A stretch of 64,000 nt of DNA from Camelus dromedarius. Lineage: Eukaryota. Within the stretch, counting starts at the first letter, position 1, and each line of letters begins with the position of its first letter. Below are positions 1 to 13,429 of this stretch, one piece after another. Under the pieces are notes generated by a model. The model made no database searches. It had not been told where the DNA came from and saw only the letters and a list, made by a program, of their open reading frames with translations. Where the stretch lies: NCBI RefSeq assembly GCF_036321535.1, contig NC_087436.1, positions 30,816,001 through 30,880,000 of the forward strand, given 5' to 3'. The translations under genes were made by a program, and so were the position numbers.

Positions 1-1399
1 AATCTAGATATATATAATTAATATGTAAATAATAAAAATGAAAATTTCCACATATAAAATTCTATAGTTCTCTTTTTCATCAAGTAAATTACATCAAAAA
101 AGTAACAAAGTCTACTCTTCCTCTTTGGTGCTCCTGCCTATAATATGATTTCAAACATACATAAAAACAAAAACCAAAAATGATCAAAGTATGATAGTCA
201 GCAGTCTGAGTGCCAGCTGTAGTATCCTTCATTTTGTTATATTTCCTATCTTTTTGGCAGCCTATTAGGTATCATCCTTTGTATCCTCTGTGGTTTTGCT
301 TTCTTACAGACACAGAACAGTATTCATTTATCTGTGCTGAAATTCTTTCGACCTTTAAAGCCATGCTGAAAACATAAATTACTCAACAATGCAACCAGGT
401 AAGTCTATTGGTTCTTTAGCCCTCCTGCCAATTTTGCATTAGACCTCATGTAGATGTTATCATTGTGTACTAAGATTTAGATTGAAAATATAAATCCCTT
501 CCTACCTCCTGTCTTTTGTAAGCATATAAAGTAATACTTATAGGCCCATTTGATGCATAGAAAGTTTTCACTGATTTGGATAACATTTTATTGATCCAGA
601 GAGAAAAAAAAAGAAAGAAAAACAAAACAAAACAAAAACAAACAGTGATTCTGATTCTTTCTCCTTTATTTTGGCAGAAAAGAAGCAGTACTGATTACAC
701 TAAAGGAAGAAAGACTGGTATCTCTCATTGTTTCCAGATGAAGGAGCCCTGCCACATCCTACTATGTTCGAATTCTGTGCATTAGTGAAGGAACTGCCCC
801 TTGGGGTCTTACTTAGGTATGTGAGTGAGAGAAGAGAAGGAGAATTGATGTACGTCCTTTGTAAAATAAATGGAGGAATAATACCAAGTATAGAATTTTA
901 TTTTTCTCTCAGATATTTAATTCCTGCCTTTTTGAACTTTTGCTACACTCAAACATCATGACCTGCAACTGTATCTTGAATGAAAACTAAAATATCAGGG
1001 GTGAAAAATGTCAGCAGGATCAGTGTGAACACTTTCTGGCTGCAGCAGAAAATCTCCCTGCATGCAGTCCCCAGTGCCCTTAGTATAGTTGGCCGTGGCA
1101 GACTTGGGACAGTATCTGGCAGGCACCAGCTGTGGGAGACATGCTGGAGAATGCAGGCACCTGCAGGCCTCCTGTTTTCAGGGAAAAGCAGCAGCATCAC
1201 AACAGACATCACTAGAAGGTCGGGGTAAGAAAGAAAAGAAATGGCAACTGCTGTACACTAACCAAGTACAAGTCTATGGGCAGAACACCAGGTTCCCTAA
1301 GAATATACAAAATGTGGAGGAATTTGAGAAGTGCCTGAATTCCAGTGAAGCAAATATGGCTGAATTTAGGCAAATGTTTCCATTACTGATTTTGAAAGG

Positions 1400-1590
1400 C
1401 AGTTTTGTCATTCATTTGCTGTATAACCTTGGAAAATGTAGCACTCTGGTCTTCAATTTATTCATCTCTAAAATATGAATGAAATAATAGGTACCCAGAA
1501 GGATTGCTGAGGGATTAAATAAAGACTGGTAAAATACGGCCTGGTAAATCATAAACACTATATAAATGTAAGTTGTTGTTATTATTATAT
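1400..1590 (+). mobile_element. MIR SINE fragment
   Basis: Degenerate MIR core and 3' end: catttgctgtataaccttggaaaa...ttcatctctaaaat...aataataggtacc...ggattaaataa...taaatgtaagttgttgttattatt. Confidence 0.75.
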
Positions 1591-2404
1591 TAACCAATTC
1601 TACCTCCAGAATGCTGTACATTTATTGTACATTACCAACAAAATGTTTTACACCATGACAGGTGGGGAAACCCGTAGTAGAGAAAGCTAAAACAATAAAA
1701 AGTGAACAAAAATGTTAACAAGGCTAGCAATTGCTGTTCATCTTTAAATTCCAAGCAAATAATAAAAATGGACAAGTAAATGCATTGACTGACTGCTTAT
1801 TTAAGACATACTTTAAAGCCAGTTCAGGTAGGCAGGTTTTGGAATGTGATAAATGAATTAAACTGTGTCAGTTTCAAACTGTCACCGTTAGAATCTAATT
1901 CAAATTTAAACAGCAATTTAAACAGTATAAAAGATTGCCCTCATCGGTCCTCTATAATCTTAACCTTTGGAGCTTTCTACAGAATAGATAGTAAATTGAA
2001 TTAATTATTAGCCTTTCACCTTGGGGACCTAGGTAGAATCTGGCTGCTCAGAAGACAGCTAATGAGATTGGTAGCTTCATTTCAGTCCCCAGTGTACTCT
2101 AATCCTCAACACGTATCCACCTGTCGTATTTTCCCACTGCTTCTTTTTGGTGAATAAAATTCTAAGAAGTCAAGAGTTGGTTGACATTTAAAATCCTCTT
2201 TGTAAAGTGACATAGTATGTATACCAGTAAGGTCAGAACAATGTCATGGGTAGAAGATCACAGGAAAAATAAAAAGAAAGAAAGAAATTAAAAGTAGTGT
2301 CCAAGTATAGGATTGATTCTAACTTGTTTCCATTATTCCTGGAGTACATTTCTATTTCTAACATCAAAGTAAGCATCACATTATATATTCACTTATTCCT
2401 TCAT

Positions 2405-3225
2405 TTTTATTTATTCATATATTCAATAAGCATTTATGAATGAGTACCATATGCCAATCTGTGTGGGTCTTGGGTACTTATCATTGTAGAACTTACTACC
2501 TAATGAAATATAAAAACAAGTTAATAGGCAATTTAATTACTATGTGATAAGAGATGTTAAAGGAGAAGTATGGAGCTGCATAATTTGGACTGGGAAGAGT
2601 CAAATAGGATTTTTGGAGGAAATGACATCTAAGTTGATCCATGAGGAATGCGCAGGCAGTAATCAGCCTTAGAAAGGGAATGAGGTTCAAGGGAAGGATA
2701 TTTCAGGAAGAAGAAATGGGATGTGCAGAGTCCTGGAACATTAAGTATTTCAGTAGAGATGTAACAAGCCTTAGAGGAGGGTGGTAAGAGAAGACAATGA
2801 AGAGAAAAACAGATTCAGTAAACTGCAAGACATTTAAAGAAATGTGGGTTATATCCTGAAACCAAAGGCAATTTATAAAGTATTTCATGTAAAAGAGTGA
2901 CCTTAAAAGATCTGCATCTTCAGAAGATAATCCTGGCTGAATTTATAAAGAAAGCATTAATGCTGAACAGGATTTGGGCCCAACAACCATGCAAGGTGGC
3001 TCTTGCAAGAAACCAAGTTACTGGTCGTGGTAAACTAATTATGGCAATAACAATGAGAATAGAAAAAAACTGAACATCATTGAAAGATATTTGATATATA
3101 AAGAGTTCTGATGAACAGATAAGCATAGAGAAAAAAGATGTGGGAGTCAAGTTAAAGGCCCAGCTTTTTTGTTTGATCCAACAAGTAAGGGGTGCTGTTG
3201 TTGATGAAAAAAATAAAATCCTAGG
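2405..3225 (-). mobile_element. L2 LINE 3' fragment
   Basis: Begins with the reverse complement of the L2 3' end (ttattcatatattcaataagcatttatgaatgagtaccatatgcca), followed by purine-rich L2-like sequence. Confidence 0.75.
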
Positions 3226-3244
3226 TATGTATTTTAGAACTCTA

Positions 3245-3390
3245 TTGGAAGCTGATTTTCCATGGTGTTCTCACATTTCTCCATGTCTTCTGTTTCAGAC
3301 AATTATTGCATGGCTGTTTGTATATCAAAGAGACTCAGAAAACATAGTGTCTATCTTCTGGGCAGAGTGAAGATTTGTTAACAAAGATTT
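3245..3390 (+). mobile_element. ERVL-class LTR 5' fragment (MER76-like)
   Basis: ttggaagctgattttccatggtgttctcacatttct...tgtttgtata...atagtgtctatcttctgggcagag resembles the recalled 5' half of MER76. Family is tentative. Confidence 0.5.
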
Positions 3391-5057
3391 GCAGCTGCAC
3401 TCAATGCCACTGAAAGGGGTACAGGTTAAGACTAAAAATAGAATTTTACAGCCAAGGGAGAAGCACATCTGCACTGACTGGAACCAGGGGTTTTTCCTCC
3501 TGCCAAGGGGTCTCATTAGCTATCTGCATCAGCAAACACTCGTCCAGTTTTCTATCAGATGAAGGCAAACTAGTTTGGGCTAATTCCTTGTGAATTAGGC
3601 TAAAGCTCAGTCATTGGGAAAGGACAGGGAGAGGTAGGACTGCAGTCCCAAGATAGAGCTAACAAATTGGAGTCACTGTGGTTCAGCCACACAATTGTCC
3701 CATGAGACTGGCCAGGTAAAAGGAACTGATGTCAAAGTACAGTTCCTGCTTTCTGCTGTGTTGTGACAATGAATAAGGAATCATCCTCCTTCTCAAAAAA
3801 AAAAAGAAAAGAAAAAATGGAAAATAGAAAAATGTGTACAGAAATACTAGAGTGGAAAAAATTCTTCTTTAGTTCTATTTGAAAATTGAACCCCACAGTC
3901 TGTCATTTACTATTTATTATTTAATTTAAACAATGCTGTGGTTACAATGTGGCCCCTCTGATTATGTCAGCAACTCAGTAGTTTTGGAATAAGATAATGA
4001 CAATCATTGCTCTTTTGAGTATGTTCTTTATATAAAGAGGGTAAACTTTAGTGGGGAAGGATTTTTGATTAACATTGAAATAAAAGTCTTTCTCTCTTTG
4101 CCTGAATTTTAAGATACTCATTTTGTGGCCCTTAAGGAATTTATACATCCTATCATCTTCTCTTCCAAGTCCTCTATTTGTCCTGAGTACGACAGTTCAA
4201 AATAATGGTTTACTCATGGTCTATTAATTATAATCAACAATAACCCACCAAACATGCCTCCTAATTCTCACCTTTTTGACATTAATACCTTGGCTCTCCA
4301 AAGATCTGCCATGAAGGAAGCCTGGTTCTCTGCCATGTGTATACTTACTTCTATTAAACAATCGAAAGAATAAAGATAGCTGAAAATACAGCCCTACCGT
4401 CAACTATAAACATCAATAAAACCCACAACTACTTACTAAATTCTGCTGCTGTTCTAATACGAGGGTATGCTAAGCCCTCAGTATCTACTATTGTGCCAAG
4501 TATGTATAAAGCCCTAAGTTAAGCAGGCAGTATATTCCTAAGAAAGAAATTTTCCTTGAAGATTTAGAAAACAAATGTGTTGAACTGTGGCACTTTTAAA
4601 TGTGCTAAAGCAAAATCTACAGTTTACTGTTTTTCTTCACCAGCCCAACCTCATAGTTTTGTACAGCAATAAATTCTGTATTAGACAATATGGTGGTATT
4701 AGTCTTCTCACATCTTCTCACATATTTTTGCCAAGAGAGAAATTTATGCAAATACCACGGTCTTCAGAGAGGACTAGCACAAATTCACCAACAAGAGCAA
4801 GTTGGGATGTAGCATTCCCTAATGTATCCAAAACACCTGCACAACCATTATTTTCCTTAAAAATTAGTTTGACATCTTATGAATTAGAATTCCTTTGGTA
4901 ATTGTACCTAATCAAATTTTTTGTATTGTTCTGTTTCATTCCTCTATATATACTTTACCTATCCAATAATGTGTCAGAAAAGTGCTTCAAGAATTTTCTT
5001 TGGGAAATATTGATGTAAGCTGACTTAGTCCATTAGGAACATTTTTTTTAAAAATCA

Positions 5058-5740
5058 GTGTGTGTATATGTGTATATATATATTCTTTTTCATAGTCCTT
5101 TTCCTTATAGGCAAGATATTAACTATAGTTTCCTGTGTTATACAACAGAAAGTTGTAAATCTATTTTATATATATAGTAGTAGTATCTGCAAATCCCAAA
5201 TTCCCAATTAATCCCTCCACCCTCCCCTTTCCTCCTGGCAATCATAAGTTTGTTTTCTATGTCCGTGAGTCTGTTTCCATTTTGTAAATTAGTTCATTTG
5301 TCTCATTTTTTTAGATTCCACATATAAGTGATATTAAATGGTATTTTTCTTTCTGGATTACTTGCCTTGGTATGCTGATCTCCAGGTCCACCCATGTTGC
5401 TAAAAACGGCATTATTTTCTTTTTATGGCTGAGTAGTATTCCATTATATAAATATACTACAACTTCTTTAGCCAATCATCTGTCGATGGACATTTAGGTT
5501 GCTTCCATGACTTGGTATTGCAAATAGTGCTACTATGAACATTACGGAGCATGTATCTTTTTGCATTAGAGTTTCCTCTGGATATCTGCCCAGGAGTGGA
5601 ATTGCTGGATCATAGGATAAGCCTATTTTCAGGTTTTTTGTTTTTTTGTTTTAAGGAATCTCTATACTGTTTTCCATAATGACTGCACCAAACTACCAAG
5701 AGTGCAGGAGGGTTCCCTTTTCTCCACACCCTCTCCAGCA
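5058..5740 (-). mobile_element. 5'-truncated lineage-specific L1 (ORF2 end plus 3'UTR)
   Basis: Typical L1 antisense motifs: ttagattccacatataagtgat, tttttatggctgagtagtattccatt, gatggacatttaggttgcttccat, ggttcccttttctccacaccctctccagca. Flanked by TAAAAATCA at 5049 and 5741 (possible TSD). ORF 5610-5795(-) contains ERVWRKGNP, an L1 ORF2-end-like motif. Confidence 0.92.
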
Positions 5741-7192
5741 TAAAAATCAAGGCTTTGACTTTATCTCTTATTTTACTGTCACCATTTCTCTTCATTTCAT
5801 AGTTTTGTATATGAACCCAAAATTTGTGTTCCTATTATAGACAAACTGATTTTCTAGTTTAGCTTTCCAGTACAAATCAAAATAAGCTGGTATATTTTTC
5901 TACACAATCATGATGGTATCTTGAAAATGTCAGTGACTGTTAGTACAGCAAACCTGGTATTAAATTCTGGTCCTTCCATTTATTAATGCATGTGAGGTCA
6001 TCTGAGAATCATTTTACTCAGCTTTTTAAAATTCTTTTCTTATTCAAAGGGTGATTCTGAACATTAAGAAAGGTAAAGTAAGTAAAAACACTGATTTTTT
6101 TTTAATTTCAGAGGAAAATCAATGTAGAAAATCCTTTTATTAACATAATTTTGAGTTCACAGTCTTATCATCTTTGTTGTGCTTGTTTGAAACACTTTCC
6201 AACTTGTCAATGACCTTGTTAAAATGATGGACCCAGAAATGAAAAGTATATTTCAATTATTTTCTGTGATCTGTATAGACATTCATAGGTTAAATCACAT
6301 TTAAAGTCAATTAAAGAAAAAAAGTATGAAGTATACATTTTAATCCTCAAAAGAAACCTCTTAATCAAATTAAATAACTTAGCCTATAATAAAGTAACCT
6401 GTTAATACTATCAGGTTTTAGAGTTCCTAGTTGTGTTGGCAGTAAGATTTCTAATTGCAATTACACAACTTTGTGTTTATGGTATGTTTTAAGAAAGGCA
6501 AGCTTGTTTTAATAAATGCAGAAATATCTTCCTGAGTCTGTAGTGGAAGTTAGAGGCACATTGTATGAAAGAGACAAGAGGCAATACTAGAGGGAAGGAG
6601 AAACCCAAGTGAAGAACTGAACATGTGTCTGCATCGGTCACTTCAGAGCCAGTGGAATACTAAGGAGAAACTGAAACAAACTACCTCATACTTCCCATGA
6701 TTCCCTAGAGGGTTTGATACTCAACACACACTTGTTTGTACTGCAGGGCTTGGGTAAAATTTATATGAGTCTCTTTAATATTTGGGGGCATTACTGATTT
6801 ATAGGAAAGTGGAAGCATTTTATAATTCGTGTAAATCTTTTTTCAGGAGGGAATACCTGAGTAAGTAGAAGAATTTCACTTAGTTAAAGGATACCAAGGC
6901 ATAAAAATGAAATGTGGAAAACTCAGCAAACTGGCTAGAAATTGGATTCAAGCATATCTGTAAACATATGAATGACTGACTAATAAAGTAACTTAAACCA
7001 TCTTCTGAGGGACAGAAGTTATAAAGAGTTAAAGTTATCATGATGTCATCACTGGGTAGATTATTTTTAAAAAATAGTAATAATGTGCATAATCTGTTTA
7101 GGACTCCTTAAGGTACGATGTAAATTATATTAAAGTTTTAAAGCCAGGCATGTCCTTAAAGATGAAGATTCAATGTTCTGGATCTGTTCATA

Positions 7193-7819
7193 TGAGACAG
7201 GAGGGAAGAGGGCAGCGCACAGCCATTCAAGGAATGACAGCAATTACCACCATGATAGTGGAAGATTCAACTCCCCGTAGGCCTTGAGAATTAAGATGGC
7301 AGAAGGTTTGACTTCTAGTAGACCTTGAACTTCATCATTTGCTCATTGTAGCATATTAGCATGATAAATAACATGCCCACAGGCACCATTATCGTTCCAA
7401 GGCTAACCATAAAAGGTCCAAGAGTGGGCAGTGGCCCAGTTCCTGGGAATCCCAGCTCCTTCCCCAAAGAAGTTGGAATAGTCCTCTGACTTGTAGGCGT
7501 GTGAAGCTACGATAAAAACTGGCAACACCATGCCTCGTGGCCACCTCTCTCACTCCTTCCTCTTCCGAGTCAGCCGCAGTGTCTACCTGAGCACCCAATC
7601 CCCATACCTCATGGCCTTTCTCATGCCTTCTGAAACAGCCTACACTCTATGCAGTATGTATCTCTCTAAATAAATCTACCTTTACTCAACTGTGGCTCAC
7701 TCTTGAATTCTTTGCCGAACTAAGCCAAGGACCCACACTCGGTAGAGCACATCCCAGGGGCTCAACTGAGACTTGGGACATGGCCCTCCTCACGCCCCAC
7801 ATTCGTTTTTCCTGCATCA
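7193..7819 (+). mobile_element. Solo ERV LTR (probably ERV1, lineage-specific)
   Basis: TG...CA ends with an imperfect inverted repeat (TGAGACAGG / CCTGCATCA). TCATA flanks at 7188-7192 and 7817-7821. AATAAA near 7669. GC-richer than the flanks. Confidence 0.85.
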
Positions 7820-10800
7820 TATCCAAACCATTTCAATGAAAGAGAACTGATTTATCTACTGTTAGAGTAATCTCCCAAACCCCAAGAACGATCTATGCAT
7901 TTACCTAACTTAATGAGTAAAACTGGAGCCTTGGCACAGAAATGGAGGCATTAGATAAGCAATTAACTTCTGTGTGGTTTTAGAGTGCACAAATGAGGGC
8001 ATGCTTCTGAAAAACAGGCTGCCAATCTCAGTGTAGGGTGGCTATTTTGGCATGAAGAGGCCCATTAACTGAATAATTAAAAGAGCACTTGGCCCTGATA
8101 TCCTGAACAAATTCCAGCATGGTTAATTATATGCACTTACTGCCATTTTAATTCTCCCTGCAATTTCAACTGGACTCAAAGTTTTCCTCAATCCTCTGTC
8201 CTAAAATAGTATTCTGCTGAACATGAGGTGTTTTTCTTCCACTCCTGCTTGTGCCTAAATTGTTTGGCATTATTCCCATGAAGTTCAGTTTTTGGTTTCC
8301 AATGAGAACATAAACACAGAATCTAATCTGAGGAAAAATATGATGGCAAAATGTGTTCAATTTCAATGAGTCTCAAGGGTTCTCAGAAAATAAAACATTA
8401 ATATTGTAAAATGCAGTTGATGACACAGATTACCTACAGACATGGATGCTCACATAAGGACTTGAAAATACTGTTTAATCAATAAGTTGCTGGACAAACA
8501 AAAGAGGTGGTAATGCAGAATTACTATCACAGCCAATTTCACAGCATTTGATATTTTTTCCAGATTTTTTTTTTTCCAACTAGGAATGCTTATACCCTGA
8601 GATTTTGGAAGGTCTTTCTCAATTCTCATGGAGTAAAACAGTAAATCAGATATATGTGTGTGTGTCTGTGTATAAAAGTTTAAGTGGGTGCATGTTTCAA
8701 AAGTAGCATTTTCATATTACCATTTTTGCATTTTTATGGTTTGTACAACTAGTCATCTGCTAAAAAAATTTAAGCATTATGAATTTTTCAAGTCTCTTTT
8801 ATAAAATTAAAACACAAAAACTACCTGAAATTCTATCAGTGAGCTAGGTTATAGAAAACATATTTTTAAATGAGGATTTATATTAAAGAATCTGATTTTA
8901 TTTCTTTCATACCTTGATATTGAATCTTGAATAAAATTTATATGGAAATTCTGCTTTTAGGACTATTATTCAAGATATAGATATATACATGCATATATAT
9001 TAAGTATATTCAAAATAATTAATTTTTAATGCTAATATTAATTATATTCTATAACAACATATAATGTCAGAGTATTAAATGAAACATCACATGTGCACAG
9101 ATATCCTATTGAAATTAGATATAATAAAGATAGGAGAGGTATTAGATTAAATATATTAGTTCATAACAGTAATAATACATTTACAAGTGAATTAAGTTTC
9201 TGAATACCACTATTTACCACATATATGGAAACTATACTAAATTTGAAGAGTACATTTAAAATAATATGTCAAAAGTGAAGCCCAATTAAAATAATATGAA
9301 ATTCACTTGGGGAATTGGGATGAGAAAAAACTCAAAGAGCAGACAACTACACCTGGATTTGCATGGAACTTCTGCTAACATCTACATACACAACTTTACG
9401 AGTGCTCACAGTGTGCACAAAAGGGAGCTGTGTATTTAATTATGGCTAATTACTCTCCCGAGAACACACAAGAAGCCAGATATTCATTATTAATTTTCAT
9501 CTCAAACATGAACTTACAATTTTGGCAAGAACCTAAACCATTTTGATAATCCCCACTGTTTGTCAGTGAGTAGACTGTGCATGGAATTAATAATGGCAAG
9601 AAGTGTACATTATAGGTATTCAGTACATATTGACTAACTAAACACAGCTATTAGTAAACAACATTGACAGTGTATTACTATCCAAAGATGCATTACAGGA
9701 ATTAATATTTAGGGAACTTCAAATGGATATTTTAAAATATCTTTTTTTTCAGATCTTAGTCATTTGATGGAACTGTCTGAAAGACCCAAGAAATTAGAAA
9801 TCTGAATTGAGATCCTTTTTCCTTAAAATAATCTTTGAATATAATCATAAAAAATGTATTTAATTAAGTTGAAACAAAATGCTCACATAGTATTCTTTGG
9901 TATTCTAGTATAGATAGTATGTTACATTCTGTTTGAATTATCTTTGCCTAATCATAGCCAATTTATTTAATATGTTCTGCTATTACTACTTTTTTATTTC
10001 TACTATTTCTTGAATCACAATCAAGTAAAATTCATAAGCATAATTTCTATATTATAACTTTTTTTGTATTTTTACATGTCAAAAATTTAAATATCTATAA
10101 CAGTAAAATTAATCATTAAAAATCACCCTGAATGCATTATATCAAAATCAGTAAGGCAATTTTTTTAAATATAGCATATATCCTGGAAATACTGACTCTT
10201 TTTTCAAACTCAAATCACAAGCATGATAAGCACAGATGCATTGGAGAATATTTAAGACAAATTTTAAGCTGTGCATTTGTACTTGTGATTTTTTTTTACT
10301 TCATTATATTTAAATAAGGGATTATGATGGTACTTTTATGTTTTCATTTTCTCTATTGTAACTTTCCCTTCTTGTATCTATGGCCAAGGCTCAATTTTTT
10401 CAAAAACAGGGAGAATTCCTAGGAATAGAGTCTGCAACTATAGACTATCAACCAACTGCAAATCAGGAGTAAATTTGTTATACTTGTCACATACTTGTAA
10501 CGACTTAACTTCTTAGGCTAGGCAAAGTGAAGAAATCAGTGTTTATATAGATTATTTTTAAACACTTTAATAAACAGCAGGAAAACTGGTAATTACTACT
10601 AAATAGAAACTTAGCTATATAAATAGTATTAACTATCAATACAGCCATAGGACTAATTAATAAAAGTTACAATTCTTTTTGTGCTATATTTTCTCTTCCT
10701 GAGTTTGGTCAGTTCCTCACATAAAATCAGTAGGTTTCCAGAACATGCTTGTTTTGTATTGGTCTAAGGGGTTTAGAAAAAAAATTTTAAAGGGTTCAGA

Positions 10801-11189
10801 GTAGTGATGCAGTTCTGTTTTAGGCACCTTATATTTGCAATGGAAAGCTCTGAAGTTGGCTCCACAGGACGCTAAGGTAGCAAAAAAATGCAACAAGCTG
10901 GTACATATATTTGAGGATGAAGGTAAAACCAAACATTTTTCAATGAATAGCCCCTAGCAAGGCAGGGTGGGGTTGTTTTTGTTTGTTTTTTTTAATGTCA
11001 CTTTAATACCCTGTGTAGACGTATCTCCCATTTTTGTTCCCTTTCTTCTTTGTTAACTTATTGCAGATGGCGGGTAGGCCTTCTATATTGCATTCCCCTG
11101 CCATCATTTCCAAACTGTCAGTAAATTATTGTCAAAGTCACAGTTTGGTCCCAGAAGAATTAATGAAGGATTTTTGTCCACACTAGGGA

Positions 11190-11352
11190 TGAGATAGGAA
11201 AAGGAAAAGGCAGGTCACGAACTTTAAGACCAGGCCCCCTGGGAAGAACAGTCACCAATGTTCCAGAGGTCCAAAGTCAGAAATAAGCTAAGGTAGAAAT
11301 AACATGCAGGAAAGACTTGGGGCAGGAAAATATCCCCCAACGATTCCAGAAG
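11190..11352 (+). mobile_element. 5' piece of an LTR related to the 7193 LTR
   Basis: Start TGAGATAGGAAAAGGAAAAGGCAGG resembles TGAGACAGGAGGGAAGAGGGCAG at 7193. It stops where the next LTR begins. Confidence 0.6.
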
Positions 11353-11861
11353 TGTTGTGGGTCACAACAGGGCAGCTGGTCTGTGACACGGTGATCGTCA
11401 CAGGTTGGTAAAAGAATTTACCAGACATAAGGTACAGGAATAGAAAGGAGTTTATTAGGGTACACTGCCATAAACAGCAGGCCAAACAGACAAGAGGTAG
11501 GTGCCTGTGTGAGCATTGGGGCCAAGGACAAGGGAAAAGTTCAATAGTTATGCTGCTATAGGCAACAGTGGGCCACACAGGCGAGGGGTGCCTGCGTGAG
11601 CACCAAAGGCCAGTTGCTGGGGTGTTTTATAAGGTTACATCACAAGGTGCCTGATCGGCTTGTGCACAAGTCTCTGATTGGTCGCAGGTGAGGTAAGAGG
11701 TTTAGGGTCCATGAAGGGCGATGGGGTTTGACTCTGATAAAGTAGGCATTACCTGGGCCTATTAGTTTGTTACGGGAAACACGCCCTGTAAAGAATGTCA
11801 GACATCTGAGAACCCAGGAATGGGGGTTGTTGGACTTTGAAGGAAGTCATTTGGCCCAACA
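11353..11861 (-). mobile_element. Solo ERV LTR with intact-looking promoter elements
   Basis: TGTTG...CAACA inverted ends and AGAAG/AGAAT flanks. On the minus strand, CCAAT (11677-11681), TATAAAA (about 11625-11631) and AATAAA (11451-11456) occur in U3-R order. Confidence 0.85.
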
Positions 11862-13429
11862 AGAATTATCTTATTTTTTGATAAATTTTTACTTTAAATA
11901 TCAAAAATTGATAGCCTATTTTTATGGTCACTCTCATCTTGTTATTTTGTTTTCCCTACAAGATAATAAAAAGATTGAATCTCCAAAGAAGAATTACGAG
12001 ATAGACATTTTTACTGTTATTAGTAAATATAAAATACTTCTAGTCATTAATTACTGACCAGAGTGTTTTATATTTATTTGATATAATTAAATAAAGAAAA
12101 TTATTTCATAGCAAAGAGGTGGTGATCTTTTAAACCACCTTTCACTGATTTCATTTTATAAGAATTACGAGTATGAGTCCACAAAGCAGTGTCTATTTAC
12201 AGGAAGCTTGTCTTTGGAGTTACCTGCACATATAAAAGCTAGAAAAAAACATCAGTGAAAGGCAAGACTCATTTGGTTCCTAATAAAAGTTACCCTTGGG
12301 AAGGTCATTTAGTCTACACAATCTTTCACTGCCACTGCATACTTCAAAGGGAAGAAAACAAGAACATCACAGTCTTACTATTTTTATAAATAACTCTGTC
12401 AGGTACCAGTTTAAGACCTTTTTAAGAATGCACAGTCAGCAATATAGTTGCAAAGGTAAAAGGAACTGAAAGTCAGCTCCCCCACCATGCTGACTGTGGA
12501 TCAGGAGTTGTTTGAAGAAAACCGGAAACTAAGGCCAGAGAAGAGGCTGCAAGGCACACACACCTCAGAGATAGCTTTTATCACTTTTTCCTAATTGCAA
12601 CCATTGAAGCAAGTGGGAGGTGCAGTAGTTACAGAATAGCTTGTGTTTGGCAACTTTGAAGAGAAATATACAAGTGTGTACATACCTAAACAGTGCACGT
12701 AAGTAACCTGGTTCAGAAGTGATTTTCAAATTTGGCAAAATTTTAGTATTTATTTACATTTATTTTTGTTTGAAGAAATCAATATATATTTACATAGGAC
12801 CCTCTTAACAAACAGAACAAACTTCTATGAAAGAAACATGTAGTCGTAAGTATGTCCCTCATTCATAGAAAAATCTCTTTCCTTTAAAACAGCTTCTTTA
12901 CAGATAATACGACATTCAGGGAGATACATATGCATTAGGGAAGAAGAAAATATAAATACCTTTCATAGTCACTCAGATCAACTGACTCCAACCTCCCAGT
13001 CTGGTGGCAGATACCACAGCCTTAGTACTCTCACACCCAGGACCCACATCTGCTACTTAAATCTGAAGATGATTTCTCTGAACACAGGAGATATTTTGTT
13101 AAATAATAACTGATTTATTTGCACTGTCATATGTAAGAATATATTAAAAATAACATTAAAAAGGCACTACAAGAAAGTTCAGAATAACAAATGATCTATT
13201 TAGTCTTAAGAGAAGGAAAAAACTCCATATAAGTTTTTATAACAAAGTATGAACTAATTGCAGAATCTCCCACTAGGGAATTTTATTAAAATACCCAAAA
13301 ATATTACAGCAATGTATCACACAACTTTCAAATTTGCTTTTCCTGTTTTCCAAGAACTGGCATTCTGCTACTCATTTTTTACATCAACTTTTGAACAAAG
13401 AACTTGAAGAAGGGGATCTGGTTGTTTGT

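Noticed and set aside
4225..4270. Possible mitochondrial insertion (taacccaccaaacatgcc resembles the COX3 start)
   Set aside because: The similarity is under 20 nt and does not extend on either side.
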